Shown: positions 9,171 through 19,017 of the stretch, piece after piece | How positions within the stretch are numbered: position 1 is the first letter of the stretch | How the letters are laid out: the number at the start of each line of letters is the position of its first letter | Virus record (IMG/VR): IMGVR_UViG_3300028914_000066 | Coordinates: 1 to 64,000 of that record | From: a virus | Taxonomy: Duplodnaviria; Caudoviricetes | DNA length: 64,000 bases | Reading direction: 5' to 3' (one strand) | Notes under the pieces: model-generated | What the model saw: the letters and a program-made list of their open reading frames with translations, nothing else | Databases searched by the model: none | Told to the model about the DNA's origin: nothing | Program-made: the position numbers and the translations under genes

Positions 9171-9662
9171 ATGGCGGAAACTTTTAAATTTCCACATGGA
9201 GGTAATGATGTTACCATTGTTAGGAAGCAAGATATTTTAGATTGTATAGATGAAAATATACTTGATAAAGATGTTGCTTTAGCTATTGTTGAACAATGTG
9301 AAATAGACATTGAACAAAATCTTATAGCTGGTAAATGGACAGGTATTCCTTTTCTTGGAAGTTTGAAGCCTAAACTTATGAAGAAAAGGATTAATGCTGA
9401 AATACAAGATGCCATAAAAGAATCTAAAATTCAAATGGATAAAAGTACATATGTGCTTTTTAGAAAGAATTTAGCTACTAATATGGCAAATCAAGAAAGA
9501 TACGATAGATGGTCTAAATATATTACTTCTATAGCAGCTCAAAGATATAAAAACAAGTATAGAATTTTGTGTAGAACTAAAGGTGAAGCTTATGCTAAAG
9601 CTTATATGTTTCTAACTAATTTTATTGTAGCTGTAGAAAACGAAGAAATTTATAATAATTAA
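9171..9662 (+). CDS. putative divergent HU/IHF-like DNA-binding protein
   Basis: RKQDILDCI...ALAIVE...NLIAGKWTGIPFLGSL resembles the HU helix-helix-strand pattern. Confidence 0.45.
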   Translation: MAETFKFPHGGNDVTIVRKQDILDCIDENILDKDVALAIVEQCEIDIEQNLIAGKWTGIPFLGSLKPKLMKKRINAEIQDAIKESKIQMDKSTYVLFRKNLATNMANQERYDRWSKYITSIAAQRYKNKYRILCRTKGEAYAKAYMFLTNFIVAVENEEIYNN

Positions 9663-9665
9663 ATT

Positions 9666-10274
9666 ATGATTAATAAATCTCTAATAATAGATAGTCTTTT
9701 GGAGATAGATGATACAGGTATGCCTAAAGCTCCAGGACTTAGACAACTATTAGATCGTGATATTAGAGAATTATATCAAAGAGATAAGACTGAAGATAAG
9801 AGTAAGTATATAAAAGAATGTATAGTTATTTATTATCTTGGAGATCCTAAATCTCCTGCTAAACAAGCTGGTCTTAGTGATCCTGAAGCTTTAGTACTTG
9901 CTATACAACAAGCAGGTTTAAAAGAAGATTATGTTCCAGATGAATTAGTTGTAAGACTTATTCAAAGGTATTATAATGAAAATATTACTGAAGCTGGTAG
10001 AACTTTAGAGAATTTACAACAAGTTGTTCATAATATGAATCTTGCTGTATCAGCTATTAATAATATTCTTAATGAAAGACTTAATACAGGAATTAATCTT
10101 GATAATGCAAGTCAAGTAATAGGAATGATGGATAATATAGCAGACAAAGCATCACAACTTCCTAAATTAATTAAAAGTTTAGAAGAAGCAAAGCAAAATC
10201 TTATTGAGGAAAAGAATACTGAAATTGCTCGTGGTGGTGGTCAAGTATTAAGTTCTATGAAAGCAGGAAATTGA
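9666..10274 (+). CDS. conserved hypothetical helical protein
   Basis: 202-aa ORF; function not assignable. Confidence 0.75.
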   Translation: MINKSLIIDSLLEIDDTGMPKAPGLRQLLDRDIRELYQRDKTEDKSKYIKECIVIYYLGDPKSPAKQAGLSDPEALVLAIQQAGLKEDYVPDELVVRLIQRYYNENITEAGRTLENLQQVVHNMNLAVSAINNILNERLNTGINLDNASQVIGMMDNIADKASQLPKLIKSLEEAKQNLIEEKNTEIARGGGQVLSSMKAGN

Positions 10275-10275
10275 T

Positions 10276-11271
10276 ATGATTATAGATACTAGATATAATG
10301 ATACTTTTCTATACTTTGAAGAAGAAGGTCATAGATACACAGATACTAATAATAATGAGTATCTTAGTGTTACAACTATGATAGGAAAGTATTATCCTCA
10401 ATTTGATGAACATTATTGGGCTAGACGTAAAGCTAAAGAACAAGGAAAAACTGAAAAACAAATAAAGGCTGAGTGGGCTAAAATTAAAGAGGAAGCTTGT
10501 AAACGTGGAACACATCAACATAATAATCTGGAGGATGCAATAAAAGATGTTAGTAAGTTTAAAGATGCTATACGATATCTTGAACAGGCTCAAAGTGGTA
10601 GATGTATTACAGTTGCAGATATTCCTAATTTAATACCTAAGCCTTTAAATGTTGAAGAATTTAAAGAAGCTACTTATAATAAATATCCTGAAATATATAG
10701 AGTTTTTGAACATTATACTAATTTAGGATATACAATTTATTCAGAAATTGGAAGTTTCTTAGTAGATTATTTAGTAAGTGGTACAATAGATATTCTTTGT
10801 TATAGACCTACAGACTTTGTTATATTAGATTGGAAAACTAATAGAGATGGTCTTAAATTTGAAGCTGGTTATTATAAGAAAGATAAAACTACAATACCTA
10901 ATCAATTAACTAATGAATGGGTACATAAAAATGAATATATGCTAGCACCTTTAAGCCACTTAGAAGATTGTAATGGTAATCATTACGCACTTCAATTAAG
11001 TGTATATGCTTTTATGGTACAATATATTCTTGGTATACCTTGTCATGGTTTAGGTCTTTGTCATATAGCTAGTCCGTGGATTCTTAATAAATATGGTCAA
11101 CCATTTAGAGATGTAGATGGTTATCATGTAGATCCTAATGGAGAAGAAACAGTAACATGGTATAGAATTCCTTATTTATTTAAAGAAGCTAAAGCTATGT
11201 TACAAGATAGATATAACGAAATAAAAGCTTTACAAGCTAAAGCTGGCAATGAACAATTAAGTTTATTTTAA
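10276..11271 (+). CDS. PD-(D/E)xK family (RecB/Cas4-like) exonuclease
   Basis: SVTT, RGTHQH, SE, GTIDIL, ILDWKTN, HYALQLSVY motifs. Confidence 0.88.
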   Translation: MIIDTRYNDTFLYFEEEGHRYTDTNNNEYLSVTTMIGKYYPQFDEHYWARRKAKEQGKTEKQIKAEWAKIKEEACKRGTHQHNNLEDAIKDVSKFKDAIRYLEQAQSGRCITVADIPNLIPKPLNVEEFKEATYNKYPEIYRVFEHYTNLGYTIYSEIGSFLVDYLVSGTIDILCYRPTDFVILDWKTNRDGLKFEAGYYKKDKTTIPNQLTNEWVHKNEYMLAPLSHLEDCNGNHYALQLSVYAFMVQYILGIPCHGLGLCHIASPWILNKYGQPFRDVDGYHVDPNGEETVTWYRIPYLFKEAKAMLQDRYNEIKALQAKAGNEQLSLF

Positions 11272-11367
11272 ATGGATAAAGATAATTTTCCAAATTGTAA
11301 TGATTCAGATGAATGTGGTCATTGTCAATTATATTTTGAAGGTATTTGTGGTATAAAAGAAAAATAG
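11272..11367 (+). CDS. 31-aa Cys-rich micro-protein (not in ORF track)
   Basis: MDKDNFPNCNDSDECGHCQLYFEGICGIKEK fills the gap between nuclease and lysin. Confidence 0.5.
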   Translation: MDKDNFPNCNDSDECGHCQLYFEGICGIKEK

Positions 11368-11369
11368 TT

Positions 11370-11972
11370 ATGAGTAGTCTTTATATGACATTAGATAAAT
11401 ATGATTTTAGCAAACTTTTTGCTAAAAAAGGTTATAAATATTTTACTAATGGTAATTATAATCTTAATATTATTGGTATAAGATCAGCTAATGATCATAA
11501 AGTTACTAATGAATTTGATGATTATCTTGTAGTTATATATAATACTTCTAAAGGTACTACTAGAGCTATTTATAAAATAACTACACAACCTGGAATTTCT
11601 TATATAGAAAATCCTTCTAATTCTAAAGGTACAGCTATATTAGCAGAAGGTCAATATAGAGGTGCTTATAAATTAGGAAAACATAAAGGTCAAAACGCTT
11701 TAATTCAGATTAAAGATGTAAAAGTTTATCGTGATAATAATAAAGATAAAAAATATGATTACGATAAACAATCTATAAATTGTGGTAAATTTGGCATTAA
11801 TATTCATAGAGCAGGTAATAATTCAACAAGAATTAATAATTGGTCTGCTGGATGTCAAGTATTTGCTATAAATTCAGAATTTGAGTCATTTCTTAGATTG
11901 TGCAATAAACAAGTAGAAAATGGCTATGGTGAAACTTTTACTTATACATTATTAAATGAAAGAGAGTTGTAG
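11370..11972 (+). CDS. putative endolysin, L,D-peptidase (YkuD-like)
   Basis: GINIHRAG...WSAGCQV His/Cys pair; precedes two membrane ORFs; start more likely ATG 11370 than 11346. Confidence 0.65.
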   Translation: MSSLYMTLDKYDFSKLFAKKGYKYFTNGNYNLNIIGIRSANDHKVTNEFDDYLVVIYNTSKGTTRAIYKITTQPGISYIENPSNSKGTAILAEGQYRGAYKLGKHKGQNALIQIKDVKVYRDNNKDKKYDYDKQSINCGKFGINIHRAGNNSTRINNWSAGCQVFAINSEFESFLRLCNKQVENGYGETFTYTLLNEREL

Positions 11973-12237
11973 TATTAAAGATTTAATGAAACAAGCGTTT
12001 TATAACACACTTTATATATTAATAGGTATAGTATTTGGAATAGCACTTTATAAAGTATTTGAAAAGCCAAATAAACCTGTTGAACCTATAAATGTTATAG
12101 AAACTGAACATAAGATAGATAGTTTAAATCAAGTTATTGAAACATTAGAAGCTATTAAAAATGGTAAGATTGAAGAAATTAAGAATCTTAATGACAGTGC
12201 TACTCTTAGCCTTTTCAATGAACTTATTAGCAAATGA
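11956..12237 (+). CDS. putative spanin-like inner-membrane protein
   Basis: N-terminal TM plus coiled coil, overlaps lysin and next gene. Confidence 0.5.
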   Translation: MKESCSIKDLMKQAFYNTLYILIGIVFGIALYKVFEKPNKPVEPINVIETEHKIDSLNQVIETLEAIKNGKIEEIKNLNDSATLSLFNELISK

Positions 12238-12541
12238 GTCTGATTCTATTAAATCTTCTTTTACGGGGGTACGAGTATCAGATGAATATGCTTTAGTTTC
12301 ATATGATGCTCTTCGTATTGCAAATGCTAAAATGGTAGAGCTTGAGTATGAAAAGGAAATAAATAAAAATCTTAAAGAAATAGTTTTTAATGATTCTATA
12401 ATTATAAATCAATATAAACAATATATTGAAGCTGAAGAAGTTGAGCATAAAGCTGAAGTTAAAAAACTTAAAAAAGAACTTTATGTTACAGGTGGCTGTG
12501 GTATTGGTTGTTTTGTAATATTGATATTAGTGATTATATAA
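12161..12541 (+). CDS. putative spanin-like protein
   Basis: Signal peptide, coiled coil, C-terminal hydrophobic tail; 77-nt overlap with previous gene. Confidence 0.5.
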   Translation: MVRLKKLRILMTVLLLAFSMNLLANESDSIKSSFTGVRVSDEYALVSYDALRIANAKMVELEYEKEINKNLKEIVFNDSIIINQYKQYIEAEEVEHKAEVKKLKKELYVTGGCGIGCFVILILVII

Positions 12542-14826
12542 TGCAAAGTGTAGAAGATTATATTAACGAATATCCTTTCTTAGCTTATATAAGAGAAGAT
12601 AAATCTAGGTATCGTCATGCTAAAGATGTTGGTTATGATGATCCTGATGATTTATTTCTTATTGGTGATAGTGGAGGATTTCTCCTTAATATAAATGAAG
12701 GAGATAAGTTTGTTAATACATATTTATTTACAGAAGCTGCTGACTTTTATAATAAGAATGGTACATACACATTCTTAAAAGAAGATAGTATTCCTCATAG
12801 ACAATTTAGAAAAAAAGAGGAATATAGAAGAGAACATGGTCTTACAGCACCATGTCTTCTTCATAATGGTAAGGTAAAAAATATTCGTATTACAGGTGGA
12901 ATGTATAATTATCTTAATTATACTAGAATTAAACAGCTTGATACGAAATCTACAAAACATAGTACATTAGCATCTACAGGTAGTAAAATTTATGATTTTC
13001 CTAAATTTATAGATGCACAGTTTTGGACTTGGCATATAATGGAATTTGCAGTACGTAATGGTTTTCATCTTATAATAGATAAAACTAGACGTGGTGGTTT
13101 TTCATATATTATGTCATCAGATACAGCAAATGATATTAATCTTCATTGTAGAACTACAGATATTCATGTTGCTGTAGATAAAAAATATCTTACTAAAATT
13201 GATGGTTTAACAGACTTTACTATAAAAGATCTTCAATTCTATGAAACTAATACTCCTTTTGTAAGAGGTATTCTTTCTCAAAAAGATGAAGATTTTAGAC
13301 TTGGATTTAAATTACCTAATGGAACAGTATCTCCAGACTCATGGAATAGTGGTCTTATGAGTGTATCTGCTGCCAATAATCCTGATTGTGCTATTGGTAA
13401 GGATGGCAAAAAGATTAAAGTTGAAGAGCTTTCAACTATGGAGAACTTTGATGAGTTTATGAATGTAACTGAACCTGCTATGAGAACAGGTAGTTATGTT
13501 ACAGGTAATCTTTTCTGTTGGGGTACTTCTACTGCTGGTAATATGCAAGTTTTTGAACAAAACTTTTATAATCCGAGTGCATGGCATTTTATGCCTTTTG
13601 AAAATGTTTGGGATAAAGATGCTAGAGGTGAAGTTTGTGGTTATTTTAAACCTTATTGCTGGGGCTTACAAGGACAAATAGGAGATAGATTTGCACTTGA
13701 TGAAGATGGTAATTCAGATTTAGAGATTGGATTACGTATAGCATTTGAAGAACGTGAAGATAAAAGAAAGAGTGCTAAAACATTTTCTGACTATATTAAT
13801 TATCTTGGTCAGTATGCTAATATGCCTTCTGAATCTTTTAGTTCTATAAGTGAAAATCTGTTTAGTAGTGAACGACTAATGGCATATGAAGAAAAATTAA
13901 AGAATGATAATTCTTATAATTTCTATGTTGATGGTATGTTCATGGAAGATCCTAGTGATGTAAGAAAAGTAATATTTAGAACTAATGCTGAAATAGAAGC
14001 TAAAGGCGGAAAATTCAATCAGGATTTCTTTAGCTATATAACGGGAGTTCCACGTAAACAAAATGAACATCATCATGGTTGCTGTAGAAAATGGTTTAAT
14101 CCTATTAAAGTAGCCTATAAAGATGCTGATGGTAAAGAACAATTTGGTACTCCTCCTGGAATATATTCTATTAGCTATGACCCCGTTGGTGTTGATAAAG
14201 AAAATAAGGAAATAACTAATAGACATTCACATAATAGTATTAAAGTGTGGATGGAACCTTGTGTTTATAATAATTTTAAACCTCAACTTTGTTTATCATA
14301 TTTTGGCAGACCTGATAAACTAGAAGATGCAGATTGGATTTGCTATCTTGCAGCTAGATATTATAATTGCGTTGGAACAACTGCTGTTGAAATAAATAGA
14401 GGTGAAACTGTATCTAACTTTAGACGTTGGAAAGCACTTAAATATTTAATGAAAGATCCTGTTCAACTTTGGGATAGTTCTATTAAAGGTAGTGTTACAG
14501 GTGATTATGGTATTAATCTTGGTGGTAATGTTGGTAGTTCTACAAAGAAACTTGAAGCTTTGCGTCTATTAAAAGAAATGCTTTATTCTATAGTTGCTAA
14601 AGATTCAGAAGGTAGAGATATTTATTTCTTTGAAACTATTTATGATTATCAGTCTATTCTTGAACTTAAGAAATGGAATAGTGTTGGTAACTTTGATAGA
14701 GTATCAGAAATGATTATTAGAGCTATTAGATGGAAATTAATGGATGTTCAAGCAGCTAAACAATTAGCTACAAGAAAGAAAGTTGAAAAAGATAGTAAAT
14801 CGCTTTTTGCAAGAGCTTGGTTTTAA
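12541..14826 (+). CDS. terL: terminase large subunit
   Basis: Walker A-like DKTRRGGFSY, Walker B KVEE, nuclease YDPVG and GNFDRVS; directly upstream of portal; ATG start at 12541. Confidence 0.93.
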   Translation: MQSVEDYINEYPFLAYIREDKSRYRHAKDVGYDDPDDLFLIGDSGGFLLNINEGDKFVNTYLFTEAADFYNKNGTYTFLKEDSIPHRQFRKKEEYRREHGLTAPCLLHNGKVKNIRITGGMYNYLNYTRIKQLDTKSTKHSTLASTGSKIYDFPKFIDAQFWTWHIMEFAVRNGFHLIIDKTRRGGFSYIMSSDTANDINLHCRTTDIHVAVDKKYLTKIDGLTDFTIKDLQFYETNTPFVRGILSQKDEDFRLGFKLPNGTVSPDSWNSGLMSVSAANNPDCAIGKDGKKIKVEELSTMENFDEFMNVTEPAMRTGSYVTGNLFCWGTSTAGNMQVFEQNFYNPSAWHFMPFENVWDKDARGEVCGYFKPYCWGLQGQIGDRFALDEDGNSDLEIGLRIAFEEREDKRKSAKTFSDYINYLGQYANMPSESFSSISENLFSSERLMAYEEKLKNDNSYNFYVDGMFMEDPSDVRKVIFRTNAEIEAKGGKFNQDFFSYITGVPRKQNEHHHGCCRKWFNPIKVAYKDADGKEQFGTPPGIYSISYDPVGVDKENKEITNRHSHNSIKVWMEPCVYNNFKPQLCLSYFGRPDKLEDADWICYLAARYYNCVGTTAVEINRGETVSNFRRWKALKYLMKDPVQLWDSSIKGSVTGDYGINLGGNVGSSTKKLEALRLLKEMLYSIVAKDSEGRDIYFFETIYDYQSILELKKWNSVGNFDRVSEMIIRAIRWKLMDVQAAKQLATRKKVEKDSKSLFARAWF

Positions 14827-14844
14827 AATATAATTAATAAAGAT

Positions 14845-17265
14845 ATGGCTGGAGAAATTGTACAGAATTTAGGTGGTCGTGCTGATTTTCCTCCTCAGAG
14901 AGTTAGTTGGGAAGAAAAGCAAAAACCTTATTGGTATTGTAATAGTATTGACTATATTATATCAATGGGTATGGCTATGAATGATAGGTCTGAAACTGAA
15001 ACTCAGATTAATATTCTTCATGGTAATATTCCTCAAGAATTTTATAAGAAAACATTAAATCCTTATAATACAGATAAAGAGAAATACAAGAGATTTCCTG
15101 CTACAATGAGAAATCTTGATATTATGTCTGATATTATAAGACGTTATGTTTCCGAATATCATAAAAGCCCACACGAATTTATTGTTGGTGCTAGTAATCC
15201 TGAAATTGTTTTAAATAAAAATGCTAAGCTTAAGGAAGAAATTCTTTTAGCTGCTCAGCAAGCATTTATACAAGAATTTCAAGCTAGATTTCAGCAGATG
15301 CAAGAAGAAGCTGCTCAGCAAGGTATTCCTGCTGATCAACTTAATCCTCAAAATGCTATGCCTAATCCTGAAGAATTTATTAGAAACTTTGAGGATAAAT
15401 ATGTTGATGATGAAAGCAAACAAGGTCAAGAAGTTCTTGAGTTTGTAAGAAGTTGTACTGATGATATTGTAATGTATCTTAGTGCTTTCAATCAATGGGT
15501 TTCTTTTGGTGAATGTTATAGCTATACTGATATACGTGGAGAACAAATAATAAAAGAAAATGTTCCTATTATAGAAGCTTATCCTATTCCAAATAATAAA
15601 CAATTTGTTGAAGATCATGATATGTTTGCTAGAAAAATGATGCTATCTTATCAACAAATTATGGATTTATTTGATGATGATTTTGATGATAGAGATAGAA
15701 ATTTCTTAAAAACATATTATCAAAATAAAGGAGCAACATCTGCTACAAAAATATTATATTCTCAATATTTTGAAACATATGGTGATATATGTGAGAAATA
15801 TACTGATGAAGATAGGCAATTATTTAATAAACAAGCTACAACTGTTTATCAAAATAATACAGGTCTTTTTGAAGTTTGGCATGTTGTTTGGAAAGGAGAA
15901 GCAAAGAAAGGTATTCTTACATATGTAAATGAAGCTGGTCTTATAGCTACTAGAATAGTAGATGAAGATTATAATTTAAATAAGGCAGCTGGAGATATTT
16001 CTATTGAATGGGAATATGATACTCAGATATATGAAGGATATAGAATAGGTACAAGACAATGTGGTATTTATCCTATTAAATGTAGACCTATTAAATATAG
16101 TAGAAACAATAAACTTCCTTATAATGGTCTTATGGAGGTTCTTCCTTTTATGGGAAAATTTAGTATTGTTGCTACTGTAACTCCTTTCCAAATAATGAGA
16201 AATATCTTTGCTTATCATAGAGAAATGTTAATAGCTAAAAATAAACTTCTTATTTTACTATTACCTAAATCTCTTGTTAGTGGAGATGAAGATGATATAA
16301 TATACAGAATGGCTGCTGATGGTGTTCTTTATGCTAATGATGAAGATGATGAGAACACATTAAAACTTCAACAAGTTAGACTTTTAAATGCTAATATTGG
16401 AGATTATATTAGACAAGTATCTGAACTTATAGAAAATGTTCGTCAAGAGGCTTGGGATACAGTTGATATGAATGCTCAACGCTATGGTGATATTCAACAA
16501 TCAGCTGGTGTTGGAACAACACAAGAAGCTGTAGCTAGAAGTTCAATGGGCAGTGTTATTATAGTAACAATGTTTGATGAATTTAGAAAGCGTGATTATC
16601 AAAGAGATTTAGATTATGCTAAATTAGCTTATATTGATGGACTTGAACAAGGTTTCCAGGATGTAGATGGAAATAGACATTATCTTAGCTTAGATGTAAA
16701 TAGTTATGTATATTCTTCTTACGGGGTATTTGTAAAGAACGATGCTAAGACTAAAGATAAATTAGAACAATTAAGACAATGGGCATTTAGTGCAGCACAA
16801 AATGGAGATCTTGACGCAGCTCTTGCAGCTATTACTGGTGATAATATTGCACAAATAACAGATGCTATAAAACGTTTCAACGAAATTAAGCAAGAACATG
16901 AAGCTCAAATGCAACAAATTGATTCTATGCTTAAACAAGAAGAAATTCAAAATAGACTTAAAGAGATTGAGGCTAAAGGTGAACAAGATAGACTTCTTGA
17001 AAATCTTAAATATGAACATGAGCTTGCTCTTAAGTATATTGATATTGATACAAGTCTTAATAATACAGACGAAGCTAAAAATAGGTTAGATACATTAACT
17101 GAAAATAATAAACGAGAAATAGAATTAAGCAAACTTAATCTTGAACGTCAAAAAATACAAGCTGATTTATATAATAAGGCTGCTGATAGAGCAATTAAAA
17201 AGTATGATGTTGATATGAAAGTTAAGATTGCTAAGACAAATAAAAATAAATACGATAAAAAATGA
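14845..17265 (+). CDS. portal protein
   Basis: 806 aa after terL, FPPQRVS N-terminus, coiled-coil C-terminus; crAss synteny. Confidence 0.9.
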   Translation: MAGEIVQNLGGRADFPPQRVSWEEKQKPYWYCNSIDYIISMGMAMNDRSETETQINILHGNIPQEFYKKTLNPYNTDKEKYKRFPATMRNLDIMSDIIRRYVSEYHKSPHEFIVGASNPEIVLNKNAKLKEEILLAAQQAFIQEFQARFQQMQEEAAQQGIPADQLNPQNAMPNPEEFIRNFEDKYVDDESKQGQEVLEFVRSCTDDIVMYLSAFNQWVSFGECYSYTDIRGEQIIKENVPIIEAYPIPNNKQFVEDHDMFARKMMLSYQQIMDLFDDDFDDRDRNFLKTYYQNKGATSATKILYSQYFETYGDICEKYTDEDRQLFNKQATTVYQNNTGLFEVWHVVWKGEAKKGILTYVNEAGLIATRIVDEDYNLNKAAGDISIEWEYDTQIYEGYRIGTRQCGIYPIKCRPIKYSRNNKLPYNGLMEVLPFMGKFSIVATVTPFQIMRNIFAYHREMLIAKNKLLILLLPKSLVSGDEDDIIYRMAADGVLYANDEDDENTLKLQQVRLLNANIGDYIRQVSELIENVRQEAWDTVDMNAQRYGDIQQSAGVGTTQEAVARSSMGSVIIVTMFDEFRKRDYQRDLDYAKLAYIDGLEQGFQDVDGNRHYLSLDVNSYVYSSYGVFVKNDAKTKDKLEQLRQWAFSAAQNGDLDAALAAITGDNIAQITDAIKRFNEIKQEHEAQMQQIDSMLKQEEIQNRLKEIEAKGEQDRLLENLKYEHELALKYIDIDTSLNNTDEAKNRLDTLTENNKREIELSKLNLERQKIQADLYNKAADRAIKKYDVDMKVKIAKTNKNKYDKK

Positions 17266-17834
17266 AATTAGGAAGTCATAATAGTTGGAGTTACTTGAAG
17301 CCAAAGTATTGGTGGTTATCTCCATTTAATTTTATAGCTAAATGTCAGAAAGTTGATATATATGAACAACACGAAATATATGGAGTTGAATGTTTTGATT
17401 TAAGAGTTAAATTTGATAAACATGGAAATATTCAATTATGTCATGGTCTTATGACTTATAAAACTGATGCAATTGAACTTGGTAGAAATCTTTCTTATAT
17501 CAATAGTATAAAAGGTGAAGTAAGAGTTATATTAGATACTAGAACTTTTTATCAACATAATCATAATTATCCATATTTTAGACAGTTTTGTGCTAATTTA
17601 ATTTATGAATATCCTGACATTAAATTTTGGTGTGGTAGAAATTTATATGATTGGACAATAGATTATAATTTCAAATATAATCCTACTTGTAAAGAAGATT
17701 ATGCTTCTGTTTCTGGTAATAAATGGATTAATCAATTTTATCCTCTTCCTTATGCTAAACAATATAATCATGAAATATTAAGTAAGGAATATAAAGAGGA
17801 CATATTATTAATAGATTTTGTTAATATAAAATAA
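17262..17834 (+). CDS. PI-PLC X-domain-like phosphodiesterase
   Basis: GSHNS, CQ...I.EQ...GVECFDLRV, LCHG motifs. Confidence 0.8.
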   Translation: MKLGSHNSWSYLKPKYWWLSPFNFIAKCQKVDIYEQHEIYGVECFDLRVKFDKHGNIQLCHGLMTYKTDAIELGRNLSYINSIKGEVRVILDTRTFYQHNHNYPYFRQFCANLIYEYPDIKFWCGRNLYDWTIDYNFKYNPTCKEDYASVSGNKWINQFYPLPYAKQYNHEILSKEYKEDILLIDFVNIK

Positions 17835-17835
17835 T

Positions 17836-18606
17836 ATGCCTAAAAGAAGTTTAGAACTAGGTGGTAGAAAAGAATATACTGAAGAAGAAATACAACAAGC
17901 TTTTAATAATCCTTCAGTTAGACAAGCATATCTTGAAAGTGGTTTTGATAGTTTAGCATATAATAAAGGAAGTGGTGCTACCGGTATATATCAAATAACA
18001 CAAGGAGTTATAGATGATTATAATAAAGCTAATAAAACTAATATAAAATTAGCTGATATGATTCATCCTACACCAGCAAAAAAGGTTTATGATTGGGAAA
18101 TGAATGAACTTTATAATGCTAGTTGGCAACAGAATCCCAATATGACTGAAGATGTTAGAAGAGCCAGAGCCTATTATGCATATAATGCTGGTAGAGGTAA
18201 AGCTAGAACTTCATTAAATGATCTTGCTGCTAAAAAAGTTAATATACATACTAATCTTGATTTTGTTAATTATATTAATCCTGAAAGCAGAGATTATGTT
18301 AATTTTATGATGACAGGACAAGGAAATGATGTTCATAGAAATTATGAACAATTTAAAAAAGCTTTTTTAAAAAATCCTGATGTTATTAAACAAATTAATT
18401 TTGAAAATGGAGGATATATTAGCACGCCTGTAAGAAGAACATTAGCAAATGGTGGTGGAATTTATATTAAACCTTCTCATAGAGGTAGACTTACTGAATT
18501 GAAAGCAAGAACTGGTAAAACTGAAAGTGAGCTTTATAATGATGGTAATCCTGCTCACAAGAAAATGGTAGTATTTGCAAGAAATGCTCGTAAATGGAAT
18601 CATTGA
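17836..18606 (+). CDS. lytic transglycosylase (SLT) with crAss-type C-terminal domain
   Basis: ES...GATGIYQI...AYNAG motifs; C-terminal IYIKPSHRG...FARNARKWNH. Confidence 0.85.
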   Translation: MPKRSLELGGRKEYTEEEIQQAFNNPSVRQAYLESGFDSLAYNKGSGATGIYQITQGVIDDYNKANKTNIKLADMIHPTPAKKVYDWEMNELYNASWQQNPNMTEDVRRARAYYAYNAGRGKARTSLNDLAAKKVNIHTNLDFVNYINPESRDYVNFMMTGQGNDVHRNYEQFKKAFLKNPDVIKQINFENGGYISTPVRRTLANGGGIYIKPSHRGRLTELKARTGKTESELYNDGNPAHKKMVVFARNARKWNH

Positions 18607-18642
18607 GTAGAAGAAAGTAATAGTGCAATCCCTATTACTCTA

Positions 18643-18679
18643 GCCCTTAGTTATAAATGTAATGTTTATAATTAAGGGC
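18643..18679 (+). terminator. hairpin after SLT gene
   Basis: GCCCTTAGTTATAAAT-loop-GTTTATAATTAAGGGC. Confidence 0.55.
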
Positions 18680-18941
18680 AAATTATTTTGTTTTGTAAAT
18701 AATTTTTGCATACCTTCCTTTTAAGGGGGTGCTTGGTACGAGTATTCACGATTACATTTTTACGGCATTGTGGGGCAGAATTTTGCCGTCTATTGACCTA
18801 ATTTGTGGCTGGATTAGTTGTCAATTTTTTGGCTATAAATAGGTGCAAATATAGGTAAAATAATATAAGCAGTATAAACAATATATGTATAAGATGATGA
18901 AAATAATTGTGATAATAAGCGTTAAATTTTTGATATATTAG

Positions 18942-18972
18942 TTGGAATATATAATAGGTATGTTTATATTTG
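18942..18972 (+). promoter_or_regulatory. Bacteroidota sigma-A-type promoter upstream of head operon
   Basis: TATATTTG (TAnnTTTG, -7) at 18965-18972 with TTGG 19 nt upstream. Confidence 0.6.
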
Positions 18973-19017
18973 CAGTAGTTTATCATAAAATAATGTTTAA
19001 CTAAAACTTTTTAGATT

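Noticed and set aside
9666-10274. Terminase small subunit
   Set aside because: Size and helical character fit, but there is no recognisable motif and it is not adjacent to terL
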